From positions 71,238,001-71,302,000 of the forward strand of contig NC_042998.1 in assembly GCF_006345805.1 (NCBI RefSeq): a stretch of 64,000 bases of DNA, read 5' to 3'. The notes below the pieces were generated by a model that saw only the letters and a program-made list of their open reading frames with translations, was not told where the DNA came from and searched no databases. This stretch comes from Octopus sinensis (Eukaryota). The translations under genes and the position numbers were made by a program. The number at the start of each line of letters is the position of its first letter. Position 1 is the first letter of the stretch. This document shows, one piece after another, positions 26,651-40,116 of the stretch.

Positions 26651-27631
26651 AATTTAGCTATATATGATATATGATATATGTAGATACAAATATATGTAGT
26701 CTTTCGACATATTCGTTAAGTCCAATTTAGCAATTTAGGAACGAAATATTTCCTGTTCACAAGCAAAGCATATCTACAAAAACTACTTCGGATAATAGCA
26801 AATACATCTTTCCAAATAGTTCTGTGATATCCCTGATATTATGTTACCTATAGGCGTTTCCGTTCAAGGTAATTGTCTACTCTCTAAAAACACACTATTC
26901 TCCAAAAGTTGTCTATTCTCTGTCATCTGTTCTTTAAAAGCTGTTCCATTCTGAAGCCAATAAATCCCTGCTACATCGAAGTTTTACTATTTTCTGAAAA
27001 TAAAATGTTCTTTTTGTCGGACTCTTTCCATTTTATGTTCTTTAAACAAGTAACCAATACAACGTTTACGACGTGGAACTAATTACCAGTAGTTGTTACT
27101 GAACAATCGCTTCAAATTGTATTGCTAAATGTCGTGTGAAAATGTGTCATTTTATTTATTAATATTATTTATTCTGCCGTTTATTGATGTAAACGTAAAG
27201 CATCTTGTATGCGAGTTAATAATGCGTCGATATATCACAAAATATTTGTGTATATTTACTTCAGATCAAATGAACACTCGAGCGGGCAATGCAGCCTTAA
27301 TAAACTTTATTGTACAGAATTCTTAATTGATATTATTGAGGACCATGAAATACAATACACACTATTATAATATCTCTCTGAAATATTATGACAAAAATGC
27401 TTGGTATTTTAGATACTAATTCATTATTGCATAGACATTAATGTAACATATTGTTTGAGATTGTTTTCGGTGGGTTCAGCTGTAAATAAATTCTTTTATT
27501 CTTTTATTTGTTTCAGTCATCTAAAATGTTAATATGTTGAGTGACATATCAAGGGATAACGATTTATTGAATATATATTTTGAACTAAACCCAAACCTTA
27601 GATTAATATAATCCTGTATCTGCACATTTTC

Positions 27632-27668
<37 letters not shown>

Positions 27669-27704
27669 ATATATATATATATATATAATATTGACCAATC
27701 ATTT

Positions 27705-27945
27705 AGTTGTAATAATAATACTCAGAGTTTCCAATACCGGACCAGAGACCTTCTAGGCATATTTCATCAGTTATCGAGACAAAAACGCTATGTAAAAAAC
27801 CGTTGAATAAAAGGAAATTATTCTAATAGGCGTGAAAAATTAAAGATATAAAATATAAAAATATATAATAAATTATAAAAATACACGCAACCACATACTC
27901 GTAAAGATATAAATCTTTATTCGTAAAATATACATACGTACTCAT
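27705..27945 (-). mobile_element. Penelope-like terminal-repeat remnant, copy 1
   Basis: Reverse complement aligns by eye with 29520-29785 (gtac.tatgta.atttta.gaat..agattt.tatcttta.gagtatg.ggttgcgtgta...catagcgtt.ttgtct..ataactgatg). Ends in a hammerhead-like motif and (TA)n. The Penelope assignment is inferred from that motif. Confidence 0.55.
27714..27775 (-). ncRNA. Type-I hammerhead ribozyme-like motif (minimal Penelope type)
   Basis: gataa CTGATGA aatatgcc-loop-ggtattg GAAA ctc t gag TA ttatt. Core bases intact, palindromic stem III ACTC/GAGT, GUA cleavage triplet, 5-bp stem I. The base of stem II is imperfect. Confidence 0.6.
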
Positions 27946-28365
27946 CTATATATATATAACTACACGTACACACATACACACAAATGTATATACATATACA
28001 TTTATACATATATATATATACACACATATATACACACATGCATATACATACACACATATATGCGTTCATACACGCATTATTATGCTCATATACACATCTC
28101 TACACGCATACACATACGCATATACATATACATGCATATGCATATATTGTCCGGCAATCAGTCGCCATGATAGATCGTTAGCCACTACACACATTTTTCT
28201 TCTCCCCTTGTTCTTTTTCTGTGTCCCTTTCTGTAGAAGAGCGTAGGCTGGAAATGTAAAAGACTATTTCTACTCCTGAATGTTATACTAATATATCTGT
28301 TTGTTTTGTACACCACGTGTCTTCGTCTTTCTTTTTTTTTTCGTAAATTATATATATATATACGG

Positions 28366-28633
28366 ACATGTAGTGTTGCAACCGACCTCATGCAAGTTCT
28401 GTGGTCTTAAACGCTTTCACAAACCTCCTGGTAGTCCAAGCAATACCCTCAACTACTTTCTCCCCACATTTCCTGATGATCATTCTCATAGCAGGTACAC
28501 CAGCCACCTTCGGAAACCTTCTGAGACAAGCTGCAGAGAAACCCCTGCAGCCAAACTCGAACACAACCAGCTCAAAGATGTAACCCTTCTCCCGAATCTC
28601 AGCTACCAGCTCTTCATAGCCCAACAGCTTCCG

Positions 28634-28640
<7 letters not shown>
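28366..28640 (-). mobile_element. RLE non-LTR retrotransposon 3' fragment (HERO/NeSL-like)
   Basis: YERKLLGYEELVAEIREKGYIFELVVFEFGCRGF matches the RK..KY.ELV..C...G......EVGCRGF RLE C-terminal motif. Stop at 28388; flanked by (TA)n on both sides. Confidence 0.75.
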
Positions 28641-28683
<43 letters not shown>

Positions 28684-28949
28684 CACAACATAGCGAAGAC
28701 ATGACACGATGTAGGTAAATAAATTTGAGAAATTTAAAAAGAAAATAAATTTGAGAAATTTAAAAAGAAAATACGAAACGGTTATTTCTCCAAAAACTAT
28801 GTTACTATACACGAACTTTTATAACATTTTTCTAACACAACGACTTAATATATTCTTTAACCATATAACACAAGTCTTCTGTAGTTTTTTTCACTCTATT
28901 CAAATTTTTTATTCATCCAACAACGTTCTCTCACATACCAACTCTCTCA

Positions 28950-29140
<191 letters not shown>

Positions 29141-29351
29141 ATGAAAATACCTGCAGACATACGGATATATGTATACATAACTTTATCTTCACATAGAAAA
29201 CGACTTACACTGTTCTTAGAAATTATATGAATATATACAAAGACGTAAACAAATAACATAAATGTGTATTGTTTACGTTTTTGTATGAGTATATTTATTC
29301 ATATAAGTTTTAAGATAAGCGTAAACGTTTTACTATGTGAAGATGAACGTA

Positions 29352-29396
<45 letters not shown>

Positions 29397-29519
29397 CATA
29401 TATACACATACATGTAAATGTATACGTATATGCGTATGTGTGAATGTATATGTATGCGCGTATATGTGTGTTTATATATATCTATATATGTATGTATACG
29501 TGTGTATATGTGTACGTGC

Positions 29520-29785
29520 ATGTATGTATATATACATGTGTACTTATGTAGATTTTATGAATGTAGATTTCTATCTTTATGAGTATGAGGTTGCGTGTAG
29601 TTTTATAATTTTTTATATATTTTATAACTTACTTTTATAAATCTCATACCTGTTAGATTTACTTACCTTTATTCAAAGTTTTTTTCATAGCGTTCTTGTC
29701 TTAATAACTGATGGAAATGCCTAGAAGCTCTCTGCTCCGGTATTTGAATCTCTGAGTATTATTATGATAACTAACCTCTCTCTCT
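29520..29785 (+). mobile_element. Penelope-like terminal-repeat remnant, copy 2
   Basis: Inverted homolog of 27705-27945. Confidence 0.55.
29702..29764 (+). ncRNA. Type-I hammerhead ribozyme-like motif, two core substitutions
   Basis: taataa CTGATGG aaatgcc-17nt-ggtattt GAAT ctc t gag TA ttatta. Stem I has 6 bp and stem II 7 bp; A9 is G and A15.1 is U. Confidence 0.55.
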
Positions 29786-30007
29786 ATATATATATACACA
29801 CATAAACATTCTATAATTATGAGTATAATTATAATTAGGGTTCAGTAAAATTTGCTTCACCACACACCGAAGTTTGAAATAGCAGTTAAACTACTATTTC
29901 ACTACCATAAGAAAATCTCCCACGTAGCAATACCCAACAACTCACCCAGGTAAAGAGAAAAAATAACGAATCGGGTGGGTTCGGTAGTGAAATAGACTTT
30001 AAATCGT

Positions 30008-30619
30008 CGATTTAAAGTCTAGTCTCAGCATATTGGCATAGAAATATTTTTTCTTTTGCCCTTGTTTATAATTGTTTATAATTTTCACCTTTAAAATTAA
30101 TATAACATGCTGGCCACTTTGATGGAATTTTGTTAAGGAAAAAAATTATTCCTGTATTAGAAGTACATTTATTACCATTCACTTCGGGACTGGTAACCAC
30201 TAAAAATTGTGGTTCGTTACCAGTCACACTTGTGCTGCTGCCTGCTCAAGGATTTTACATTTAGATATTACTAGGGTACTCATGTGTGCACATGACTCCT
30301 GCTCCTGCCTTTTTTCCATGGGTGCTTGCAAGTATTTCATTTATTTCTTATCGTATCCTCTACTGAATATAGAAAAATCAGTGGGATTAATCCCGAAATT
30401 GATTCGTTATAGAGATAACGAATTAAAAAAAAAATCTATTAGCTTGCCCTCCTCGATTTCAGCACGACGTGTATTCATAGTGAATGTATATTGTAATGTG
30501 GTGATTGACGATCTAAAGTCTATTCTCAGCATATTGGCATAGAAATATATTTCTGTTGCCCTTGTTTATAATTGTTTATTATTTTCACCTTTAAGGTTAT
30601 TTTAATATGCTGGCCACTT
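30008..30619 (+). repeat. ~111-bp direct repeat pair (30008-30119 and 30509-30619), 501-bp period
   Basis: cgat.taaagtcta.tctcagcatattggcatagaaatat...gcccttgtttataattgttta...ttttcaccttta...tgctggccactt occurs twice. Confidence 0.85.
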
Positions 30620-30820
<201 letters not shown>

Positions 30821-30898
30821 GAGAGAGAGAGAGCTAGGTAGATATAGAAAAAAATTCTCTACATAATATCAATGTCTCATTCATTCTTTTGTTGCCAT

Positions 30899-30948
<50 letters not shown>

Positions 30949-30969
30949 TGTTCGTGTGTGTGTGTATGT

Positions 30970-31334
30970 GGAGGCGCAAAGGCCCAGTGGTTAGGGAAGC
31001 GGACTCCCGGTCGTAGGATTGCGATTTCGATTCCCAGAGCGGGTGTTGTAAGTGATTATTGAGTGAAAACACCTAATGCACCACAAGACTCCGGCTTGGA
31101 GTGGTAGTGAACTCTTTCACCACAACTTCCTCTCACTCTTTCCTCCTGTTCTCGTTCTACCTCTATGTCAAAGGGCCAGCCTTGTCACAGTCTGTGTCAC
31201 GATGAATCTCCCCGAGAACAACGTTAAGGGTACATGTGTCTGTGGAGTGCTCAGCCACTTGCACGTTTATTTCACGAGCAGGCTGTTCCGTTGATCGGAT
31301 CATCTGGAACCCTCGACGTCGTAACCGACGGAGT
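30970..31334 (+). mobile_element. tRNA-derived SINE, family C
   Basis: tRNA-like head ggaggcgcaaaggcccagtggttaggg...gatttcgattccc with A and B boxes; 3' end gtcgtaaccgacggagt then (ATGT)n. A short 3' remnant of the same family lies at about 33405-33428. Confidence 0.85.
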
Positions 31335-31535
31335 ATGTATGTATGTATGTATGTATGTATGTATGTATGTATGTATGTATGTATGTATGTATGTTGTATG
31401 TATGTATGTATGTATGTATGCATGCATGTATGTATGTATGTATGTATGTATGTATGTATGTATGTATGTATGCATGCATGCATGTATGTATGTATGTATG
31501 TATGTATGTATGCATGTATGTATGTATGTATGCAT
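31335..31535. repeat. (ATGT)n microsatellite
   Basis: Direct reading; directly extends the SINE C 3' end. Confidence 0.97.
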
Positions 31536-33664
31536 GTATTCGTTTGAATAAGAAAAAAACACATAAAGAAGTAAAATATTTCTGCATAAATTGTTTTAGC
31601 TTTTCATTTTATCTTAGATAGAAGAGTTAAATAATACTAAAATTCATGTCTTTGAATGAATTGGTTTTGGATCAGCCAGTATATTATTTCAGAGCAAAGA
31701 ATTGCATGAAAAACTATCTTAATTCATGTGATATTCTATGCGTGGATTTTATTCATGTAATACGCAAGAAAAAACGTGCTAAGGAATAACATTTTCGCAT
31801 CATATCCTAATATATATAACATGACTTGTTTCGAAGATATGACAACTCTCAGAAATGTTTCATGAATGCATTAGATAATCAGCCTTTGAAACAGGATATA
31901 GGAAATGGAAAATAAAATAGACAAAGCAGGTAAAAAGCAAACAAACCAAAATACTTGAAATGCACCAAGCTGTTTCTAAGCTGTTCTAAATAATTTATGC
32001 CCAATGTTTTTTCTTCAACACAGAAGATTCTTTTGTAATTATTCACCGTTTCAAAAAGCCTTGAACTCGCGAATATAATCTGAATGCTCTTTGATTAATT
32101 CTGTGAAATTCTAGCGTCCTCAAATGCTTGATGAAGTAATCTTGTCGGATAATAAATTTTCAAAAATAAAACATACAATATATATTATCTAAACACAGTT
32201 GTATTTAGCACTTATGTACACACGCACGCACACAGGCACGCGTGGACAAAAATATCAGCGTTCGCGCACATACAGGTACACGCGCGCACGGATGCACACA
32301 CAAGTATGTACACTTTGAAATGTAAATATCTATGGACGAAGAAAGTAGATATTACATTTCGAACGTGAATTACAAATACACGAACACATACACAGATTTA
32401 GACATTTGGAAAGTGTTGCTATGACGAGGAACTTTAAGAATGTAAATATTCTTTCTTCGCTTTCGATATGCAGAAAATAAAAGGGGAAGGATCCTGGTAG
32501 TTCTCTACACTGTTTGCTAACTATTCCTCAAAATAAAAGTACCCCACTTCATTCCCGATCGACAGTGTAGTTAACTGATATATAACAAAGTCCTACTTTT
32601 ATGACTTAGTTACTTAGATGTGTTTATGATAGATTGTATTCAATTAAACAATATATATTTTATACAAAAAGCAGCCCGAATACGACAGGCTGGAATCGAA
32701 TTGAGCATGAGTAAATTTAGCACACATCACAATTATACTTTCGCTGTCACTAAACTAAGTGATCGACTCAACATCTCAATGGAAACGTATTCATTTGTTT
32801 TAAATTACGTTGTTACCGTATTTAATTCCTTGATATGAGCATTTGCGATTTGACAGTTAACATTTAATAAGATAATATATGTCACATGTAGCTACATAGT
32901 GGCACTTCTTAGCGAATATGGAAGAAAAGCGGAAACGATATGAAGAAATAAAGATATAATTTCTCAAAGTTAATAAAAGATCACAGCGGGAATATAGATA
33001 TTTCTCTTATTCTTCGCATTTTCAGTCAGTAGAGGAAGATATTAACTGCAAATAATACAATGCATCTTAGTCAATCACAAGATGTTAGTTGCAAAACATC
33101 CGGAACATGTAAGGTAATGCAGGAAACGAGTTTATATACAAACGAAAATTCCTTGTCAGAGGAATTACTAAAATATAGTTTCCATGTGAAATAAATAAAC
33201 GGGAGACATGAATTTTGGCTATTTCCATATTAAGAAAATATTAATATAAATGTTAGCTTACCATAATCTTACCGATGATCTAGATATTTCTACAAGTTTC
33301 TGATATTGTAGCTAGGACACAAATGCTCGCCCTTCGTAAATTTGTTAATTTGCAGACGTTTCGGTGATCTTGATGCCCTCTATACATTAACTTTGAGAAC
33401 ACCCATTGTCATAACCGACGGAGTGCCAGTATTCATCTACAATCTATGGAAAGAATACGAAAGTTTACACATGTTTATACCTTACAATCTGTGAAACACT
33501 TGCACCATCAATATTACATGTATTTTATGGTTCTACAGTAAAACATGTTAAACACAAACAAATCTTGTGTTGTTTTGTTTAAAAATAAAGTAATTCCTCG
33601 ACTTCAATACAGAAAACGTGTGGCTACAATGCAAGTTTGGGATGATATTATCATTTCAAAACTT

Positions 33665-33860
33665 TTCCCAACGACATGATTCTAGGTTCAGTCCCACTAC
33701 GTGGAACCATGGCTGAGTGTCTTCTACTATAACCTCGGGTCGACCAAAGCCTTGTATATGGATTTGGTAGACGGAAACTGAAAGAAGTCTGTTGTATATA
33801 TATATATAGATGTTAGTTTGTTTACGTCTCTATAACCTAGCGATTAGGCAAAATAGATCG
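33665..33860 (+). mobile_element. SINE family A, partial, fused to a family B copy
   Basis: ggttcagtcccactacgtgg...gacggaaactgaaagaag...taacctagcgattaggcaaaatagatcga; 3' third missing. Confidence 0.8.
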
Positions 33861-34088
33861 AGCTGGCAGAAACGTTAGCACGCCGCATGAAATGCATAGC
33901 GGTATTTCGTCTGTCGTTACGTTGTGAGTTCAAATTCTGACGAGGTTGACTTTGCCTTTCATCCTTTCGGGGTCGATAAATTAAGTACCAGTTCCGCACT
34001 GGAGTCGATGTAATCGACTTAATACCTATATCTGTCCTTGTTTGTCCCCTCTATGTTTAGCCCCTTGTGGGTAATAAGGAAATAGGTA
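33861..34088 (+). mobile_element. SINE family B
   Basis: gctggcagaaacgttagcacgccg...gagttcaaattc...cctttcatcctttcggggtcgataaattaagtaccag...cccttgtgggtaataaggaaatagg. Confidence 0.92.
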
Positions 34089-36464
34089 TGCCTATATACA
34101 CCTACAACCATGCGTATGCACACATTCTTGCACACACATATATACACAAGCACACTCAATCTCACATAGAAACATATTTATGAACTCACATACATATACA
34201 CGTACTCACACATACCTACACATTCACAGGTACACATAAGCGCACATTCACAAATACCTAAATATATACATGAAGATACATATATACACATAGACAAGGA
34301 CATACGAATACACATAAGCATTTATATACCGGACCCAAACGCATACACCAAATTCGTATACACAAACTCTTATTCATATAGGCATACGCTCATTCATACA
34401 TATAAACATACACAAATACACACCCAGACGTGAACGAAAATTCTCCTTTAACACCGATCATCCTGCTTAAAATATCAGCCAAATTTACTTCAAAACTTAC
34501 ACATCTGCCTTAGCAAAAAATGACTATAGAGAAGCTAGTATCTCTGGTTAAAATACCGAGTCTTTGCAGCTGTAATGCCTTCCCTTGTAGGACTGTTGAG
34601 TTGATCCGGGATGTAACAGCAGCAGGCAACGTTATAAGGACGATATTCTTTCTGAAAGCGGAAAATATTTCACCACTGAATGTTCACACTATGTAGGATA
34701 AATAAGCCAGTGTATACTGAAGAAAATTGAACAGATGCTTGACGATATATCCAACACCGACACACATTCTCAGTGAAACATTCATACATACACTCAGATA
34801 CCCACACATTCCAAGCCATCCGTATATTTTCATAAGACTATGAGTATAAACGTGGTTCTTGTCCTTGCATGCAGGTCCTGGTTCTGCGCGTCATTGATAC
34901 CCTTGAAGTGAAAAGAAAAGGTTTAGAAAAGTTGGGCCTATTGATATTTCAGGTATGTTTATGTGAAGGAAAGTGTCGAATTCAGGTACCAGAAGGGTTC
35001 CCTTAATGATCCAACAATTCTATAAATACATCAATGTGGACTGGTGTATTATTTATCTATCCAAAAAGAATAAAAAGTTAGAGCACAAGGAAAATGAACT
35101 CTGTATCTGTCATACTTGAAAAGATTTTAGAAGGCATTCTATCCGATGCCCTAAGGAATCTGCTAATCTGCTGTTTTACTCAGGCAAACATATATACTTA
35201 CAGACATACATGCGTTGCACATCCACTCTTACTCACACATATGCATTAACAAACGCAGATTGGTTTAGACATTGCTGATAGGCATTATATACACTGGGGG
35301 GTATGAAGGAAATACTAAAATGGAAAACAAAAATACGAACCTGACAGCTAAAATTTTATTTACCAAAGCAATTCTTCTGTTGGTTGATAAGACGAATTGT
35401 ATATCCATGTAGATATATGTTTGTAAATGATAACTTTTCTTTTCTCCTATGGTTTCTAACTTTATGCTATAAACATATATTTACCTCATAGATTTGGCAG
35501 TCTTTAATACTCTATTCAGAAGCAATTAAAACACATCACGACAGTCTGATCGCAGAAATGTAACATTCCATACGAAAATTATTCATTTGAAACATTTCTC
35601 AGAAGAATCAATAAAATATACTGAAGAAGTGGAAAGGAGCGGGTTTAGTATATATTTTTTTATATGTTTGCTGGTTATAACCAATAGACTGTGGTTCTTT
35701 ATAGATATCACAGTCGATGCAGTTTCAGCCAGCATACTTTGTCAGATATTTGTCAGATAGGAATCATTTATACTTAAGGTATTCGGGTGTGTCTATGAGT
35801 GTAATGTTGCACGAGACCATCAAACAAAGATATGATTACACAAAATATTAGTGTTCACATGTGTAGTGCTCTATGGTTTACATATGACAAATATAGGGCA
35901 ATAGATCATAAGTGGGCGACCAATGTGTTCGATAGGATTATATAAATAGTATTAGGACGTGGAATGAAATTAAATACAAGCGTATATTTGTATACGCAAC
36001 GGATATAGAAACTGTTCCCCCTCTTGATCATTCTTCACTCTCTGATAAGTTCAATATCGGTGTAATTCTTTCCATGTCCCTCCTCACTGCCTTAATGCAG
36101 ACATGCAAACACACACACTTATATATATATATGCGCATATCAGTAATCGTGTACGTGTCTACGAACGTGTCCCATCATCTGGTATATACGATTTTCATTC
36201 ACCTTCTCTATTCCAAATATATTTATTATTCATGTAGCTGGAAAACATGTGCGTATCCGTATGTATACATAGAAGAGAAAAATACGCATAGTTACAAGCG
36301 CATCACTACTCAACCACAACCTTTACATATACATGCACATAGACACAATCATGCACATACACATACATGCATGCATGCATACATACATACATAGGTACGT
36401 ACTTACGTACATACATATACGCATGCATATATATATAGATATAGTAACACAAGGAAAATATATA

Positions 36465-36760
36465 TTCTGTTCTGTAATCAGCTGCCCTATCAACATGCAT
36501 ATGGTGAGGAAAGTACAAGTAAAAAAGGATATCATTGAACCATTGACAAGGCGTTTGCAAACTCATTATCCAAGAAACACTTTTAGCTTCATAACTATTT
36601 GTATTGGGGCAGCAGGATATATAACAACACGCCTGGAGCAAGGTGTGCTGAACTTGGGTTTTGCGAGAAATAAGGCAACTCCTTAATTCATACACTACAA
36701 ATGATCACGATATTTGGGACAATGAAAGACCTTCTTCAGAGTCAAAGTGTGATGTAGAAA
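36465..36760 (+). mobile_element. RLE LINE C-terminal fragment
   Basis: CSVISCPINMHMVRKVQVKKDIIEPLTRRLQTHYPRNTFSFITICIGAAGYITTRLEQGVLNLGF, colinear with the C-terminus of the 37500-38095 fragment. Confidence 0.65.
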
Positions 36761-37117
36761 ACAATAAGCTTTCCATCACAATCTTCCTATCAAGGAGGTG
36801 CTCGTGTCAAAATTTATTGCAAATTAAAAAGTAAATATTTGAATGTTCCTAGTAGTAAGCCGATGAAGTACATTCACTACATATGGCTACCTGACGTCAT
36901 TCACGGAACTCATGAGACTGTTGCTGGATCTACCTCAGGATTTCCTTAGGAATGATGGAGATGAAAAATGAAAAATGGAATACACGATAAATTATATTTG
37001 CCTACAACGATCGTTTCGACGGATCTTGCATTGATCCGTCGCTGGTTAGATACTGAACAAGGATACTACTTTATAAATATAAATAAATGACTGAAAAATG
37101 ATGGGTTAACCCAAGCC

Positions 37118-37157
<40 letters not shown>

Positions 37158-37337
37158 GCACACATATGTATATACATATAATTTCTTTTGGGGAACTGGA
37201 TGTCAAAGCATATATAAAGCTATAAAAACGTGTAAATACGTAGTTGAAAACCTATTTCCGATAGAAAAATCTGGGCGCTAAGCGTGTGACATGAGCTCGC
37301 ATCTCGAACATTTTATAATTCCTATGACATCCCCAAT

Positions 37338-37498
37338 AAACAAACGCACGCACACCTACCTACCTACCTACCTACCTACCTACCTACCTACCTACCTACC
37401 TACCTACCTACCTACCTACCTACCTACCTGCCTACCTACCTACCTACATACATACATACATACATACCTACCTACCTACCTACATACATACATGCATA
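37338..37498. repeat. (CCTA)n(CATA)n microsatellite
   Basis: Direct reading. Confidence 0.96.
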
Positions 37499-37499
37499 C

Positions 37500-38095
37500 A
37501 TTGTGAACAAGAGAGTCAGTGACGCTCTTATAATCCAAAGATGCTCCGCATGTATAGGCTATGTCGTGTTTCTGTGGAAGACATCACGCTTGCGATTAGC
37601 AACCGTTCTAAAATGTCGTCACGATATTACCTCCCTATACGGCACGATGTTGTCGCTAAAACAATTTACAATGTCATCTGCAAGGAAGACTGTCCTGAGG
37701 TAAACATAGAAAATCACACTGTTATGGAATATATTCACAAACACCAACTCAAGGAATACTGATGGGATATTTGCATCAAAACCTTTGTCAAATGCAAACA
37801 TAACAGGCTGGATATTGTCGTTGGGCAAAGCTATGTACCGTCATAGAGTTTAGCTTCCCTGCAGTTTTAAATATCTCTTTAAAAATCAAAGAATACGAGG
37901 ATATCTATGGACAACTGCTTCGAGACCTCCAGCTTCTATATCAAGACTATGAATTCATATTGATACCAATAATACTCGTAGCGCTAGGTTTTGTTAGTAA
38001 ATGATTAAACGAGAATCTGGATAAAATGGGATTTTCAGGAAGAGAAATCGTACAAGTGTAATCTGTGAGTGAAACAGTAAATATATGTGCAAGAC
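37500..38095 (+). mobile_element. RLE LINE fragment (zinc-knuckle remnant plus RLE domain)
   Basis: YRLCRVSVEDITLAISNRSKMSSRYYLPIRHDVVAKTIYN...WDICIKTFVKCKHNRLDIVV...VIEFSFP...KIKEYEDIYGQLLRDLQLLY...IPIILVALGFV. Confidence 0.85.
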
Positions 38096-38310
38096 TCTTC
38101 TCTTGCTCCAATTGATAAATTGTTTGTGTTAGCTACATATCGAAGATGGATCCTTGTATCTTTGTTGGAAACCGGCTACCTCCCCAGTGGAAGATTTATG
38201 ATAATTAAAAATAGATGTATACATACATACATTCACCATCCATCCATCCATGCATACATACAACATACATACAACATACATACATACATACAGACGCACA
38301 TATATATTCT

Positions 38311-38679
38311 TTTATTCTTTTACTTGTTTCAATCATTTGTTTGCGGCCATGTTGGAGCAACGCCTTTAGTCGAACATGTCGACCCCAGGACTTACTTTTT
38401 GTAAGCTTAGTACTTAGTCATCCGAAACGCTAAGTTACAGGGACGTAAACACATCAACATAGGTTGTCAAGCGATGGTGGAGGGATTAACACAGTAACAC
38501 ATATACACACATACACGCACGCACACACATACATATACATACAACAGGCTTCTTTCAGTCTACCAGATCCACTCAGAAGGCTTTGGTCTGCCCAAGACTA
38601 GGGTGGAAGATAGTTGCCCAAGGTGCCACAAAGTGGGATTGAACCCGGTGCTACATGGTTGGGAAGCAATGCATACGCC
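38311..38679 (-). mobile_element. SINE family A
   Basis: Reverse complement of family A, more diverged than most copies. Confidence 0.88.
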
Positions 38680-38684
38680 TATAT

Positions 38685-38752
<68 letters not shown>

Positions 38753-39302
38753 CATGTTAGATGTGTTGTGCATTAACCGAACATAGCTAATACTAGTTTC
38801 GTTTGTGATAGAGCTATATAACATATACAATATTTATGACAATTTGGATTAAAAATCGATAAAGTTCTTTTTAAAAATAGGTGTGTGGTTGCAATTTGCT
38901 GTCAAGTAGAGGAAAAATTGCTATATCCTAATTGTGGTATTGCACTGATAAGCAAATGAAATAAGACAAAACGTGAGGATGGGAATATTTTCTGTTTTAA
39001 AAATAGCGTAATTTTAAACAGCAAAATGTGTATATATGATTGTTTCAAATGTATCCAAGAATATGTGCAAACTTGTATGTGTGCATATGCATATAACTAT
39101 ATATACATAAACAAACAAATGCATGCACTCAACACACGCACATATAAAAAAAATTAAATGTTTTACTTCGCAGTCATGCTGTCGAAGGGAAGTTGAATTT
39201 GAAACGGCAAACGACGTTGGAGAGACAGTGCGAGCATTTTATTTGAAGAGAAGGAAGGAAAAAATCAACGCAAACAAAGCACTAACTGTTGCTGTTAAAT
39301 TA

Positions 39303-39340
<38 letters not shown>

Positions 39341-39425
39341 CATAAACGATCACATATTACCACAAACACACGCGATCTCTCACACGCCTTGTTTTTTAAA
39401 TGGTGAATGTTCACACATACATGAG

Positions 39426-39459
<34 letters not shown>

Positions 39460-39789
39460 TACATACATAGGCACATACACAGGACAGAAAAAAACCAAAA
39501 ACAAAAAACACGCAAATTAACTAGGACATACGCATAAGTACATACGTTATTGATATTCATTTTAGAAATACATCTGAAACCAAATAGAAACAGTTAACGA
39601 TCTCTTGGTGCAAGTTCACATTTTGATGTCATGCTCGTTGAGAGCTGAGGCAAAGCGACAACTCCCTTTGCGAGAAAATAACTCTTCGACTCTCTTTCGC
39701 TCAGAGTTAAAATCTACAGACAAGGGACGCGTGTTCTCTTTTGTTGTTTGTTAAGGATACTTTTTGAAAGATTGAAAGAATTGTTTCAG

Positions 39790-39823
<34 letters not shown>

Positions 39824-40116
39824 TATATCATGGACAATAAGTCTCTTTACCCGTTCTGCACAACACATATCTTCGATAACGGAACAGCTGCTTTAACATC
39901 CAACATCTATTTTTATTTTAATATTTTCCTTTTTATGCTTTCTGCATTATATCTAATTTCTTGTATATCTCGTCTCATAAGATGGGTTATCATTTATTTC
40001 TCTGAAACATCTGTAAGACCACTTATCTATTTATAAATGTCCTAGAAATATGAAATTCACTTGGCCTTGTTATCATATTCTATTTAACATATTTATGTAT
40101 GTATGTGTATACAATG

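Noticed and set aside
27830-27950. Very AT-rich segment initially suggestive of a mitochondrial insertion
   Set aside because: It aligns with 29520-29680 as part of the ribozyme-bearing repeat, and no mitochondrial gene motifs were seen.
30970-31045. tRNA-like sequences at SINE heads (also 2417, 17153, 50721)
   Set aside because: A and B boxes are present, but the acceptor stems are incomplete and each continues into a SINE body.
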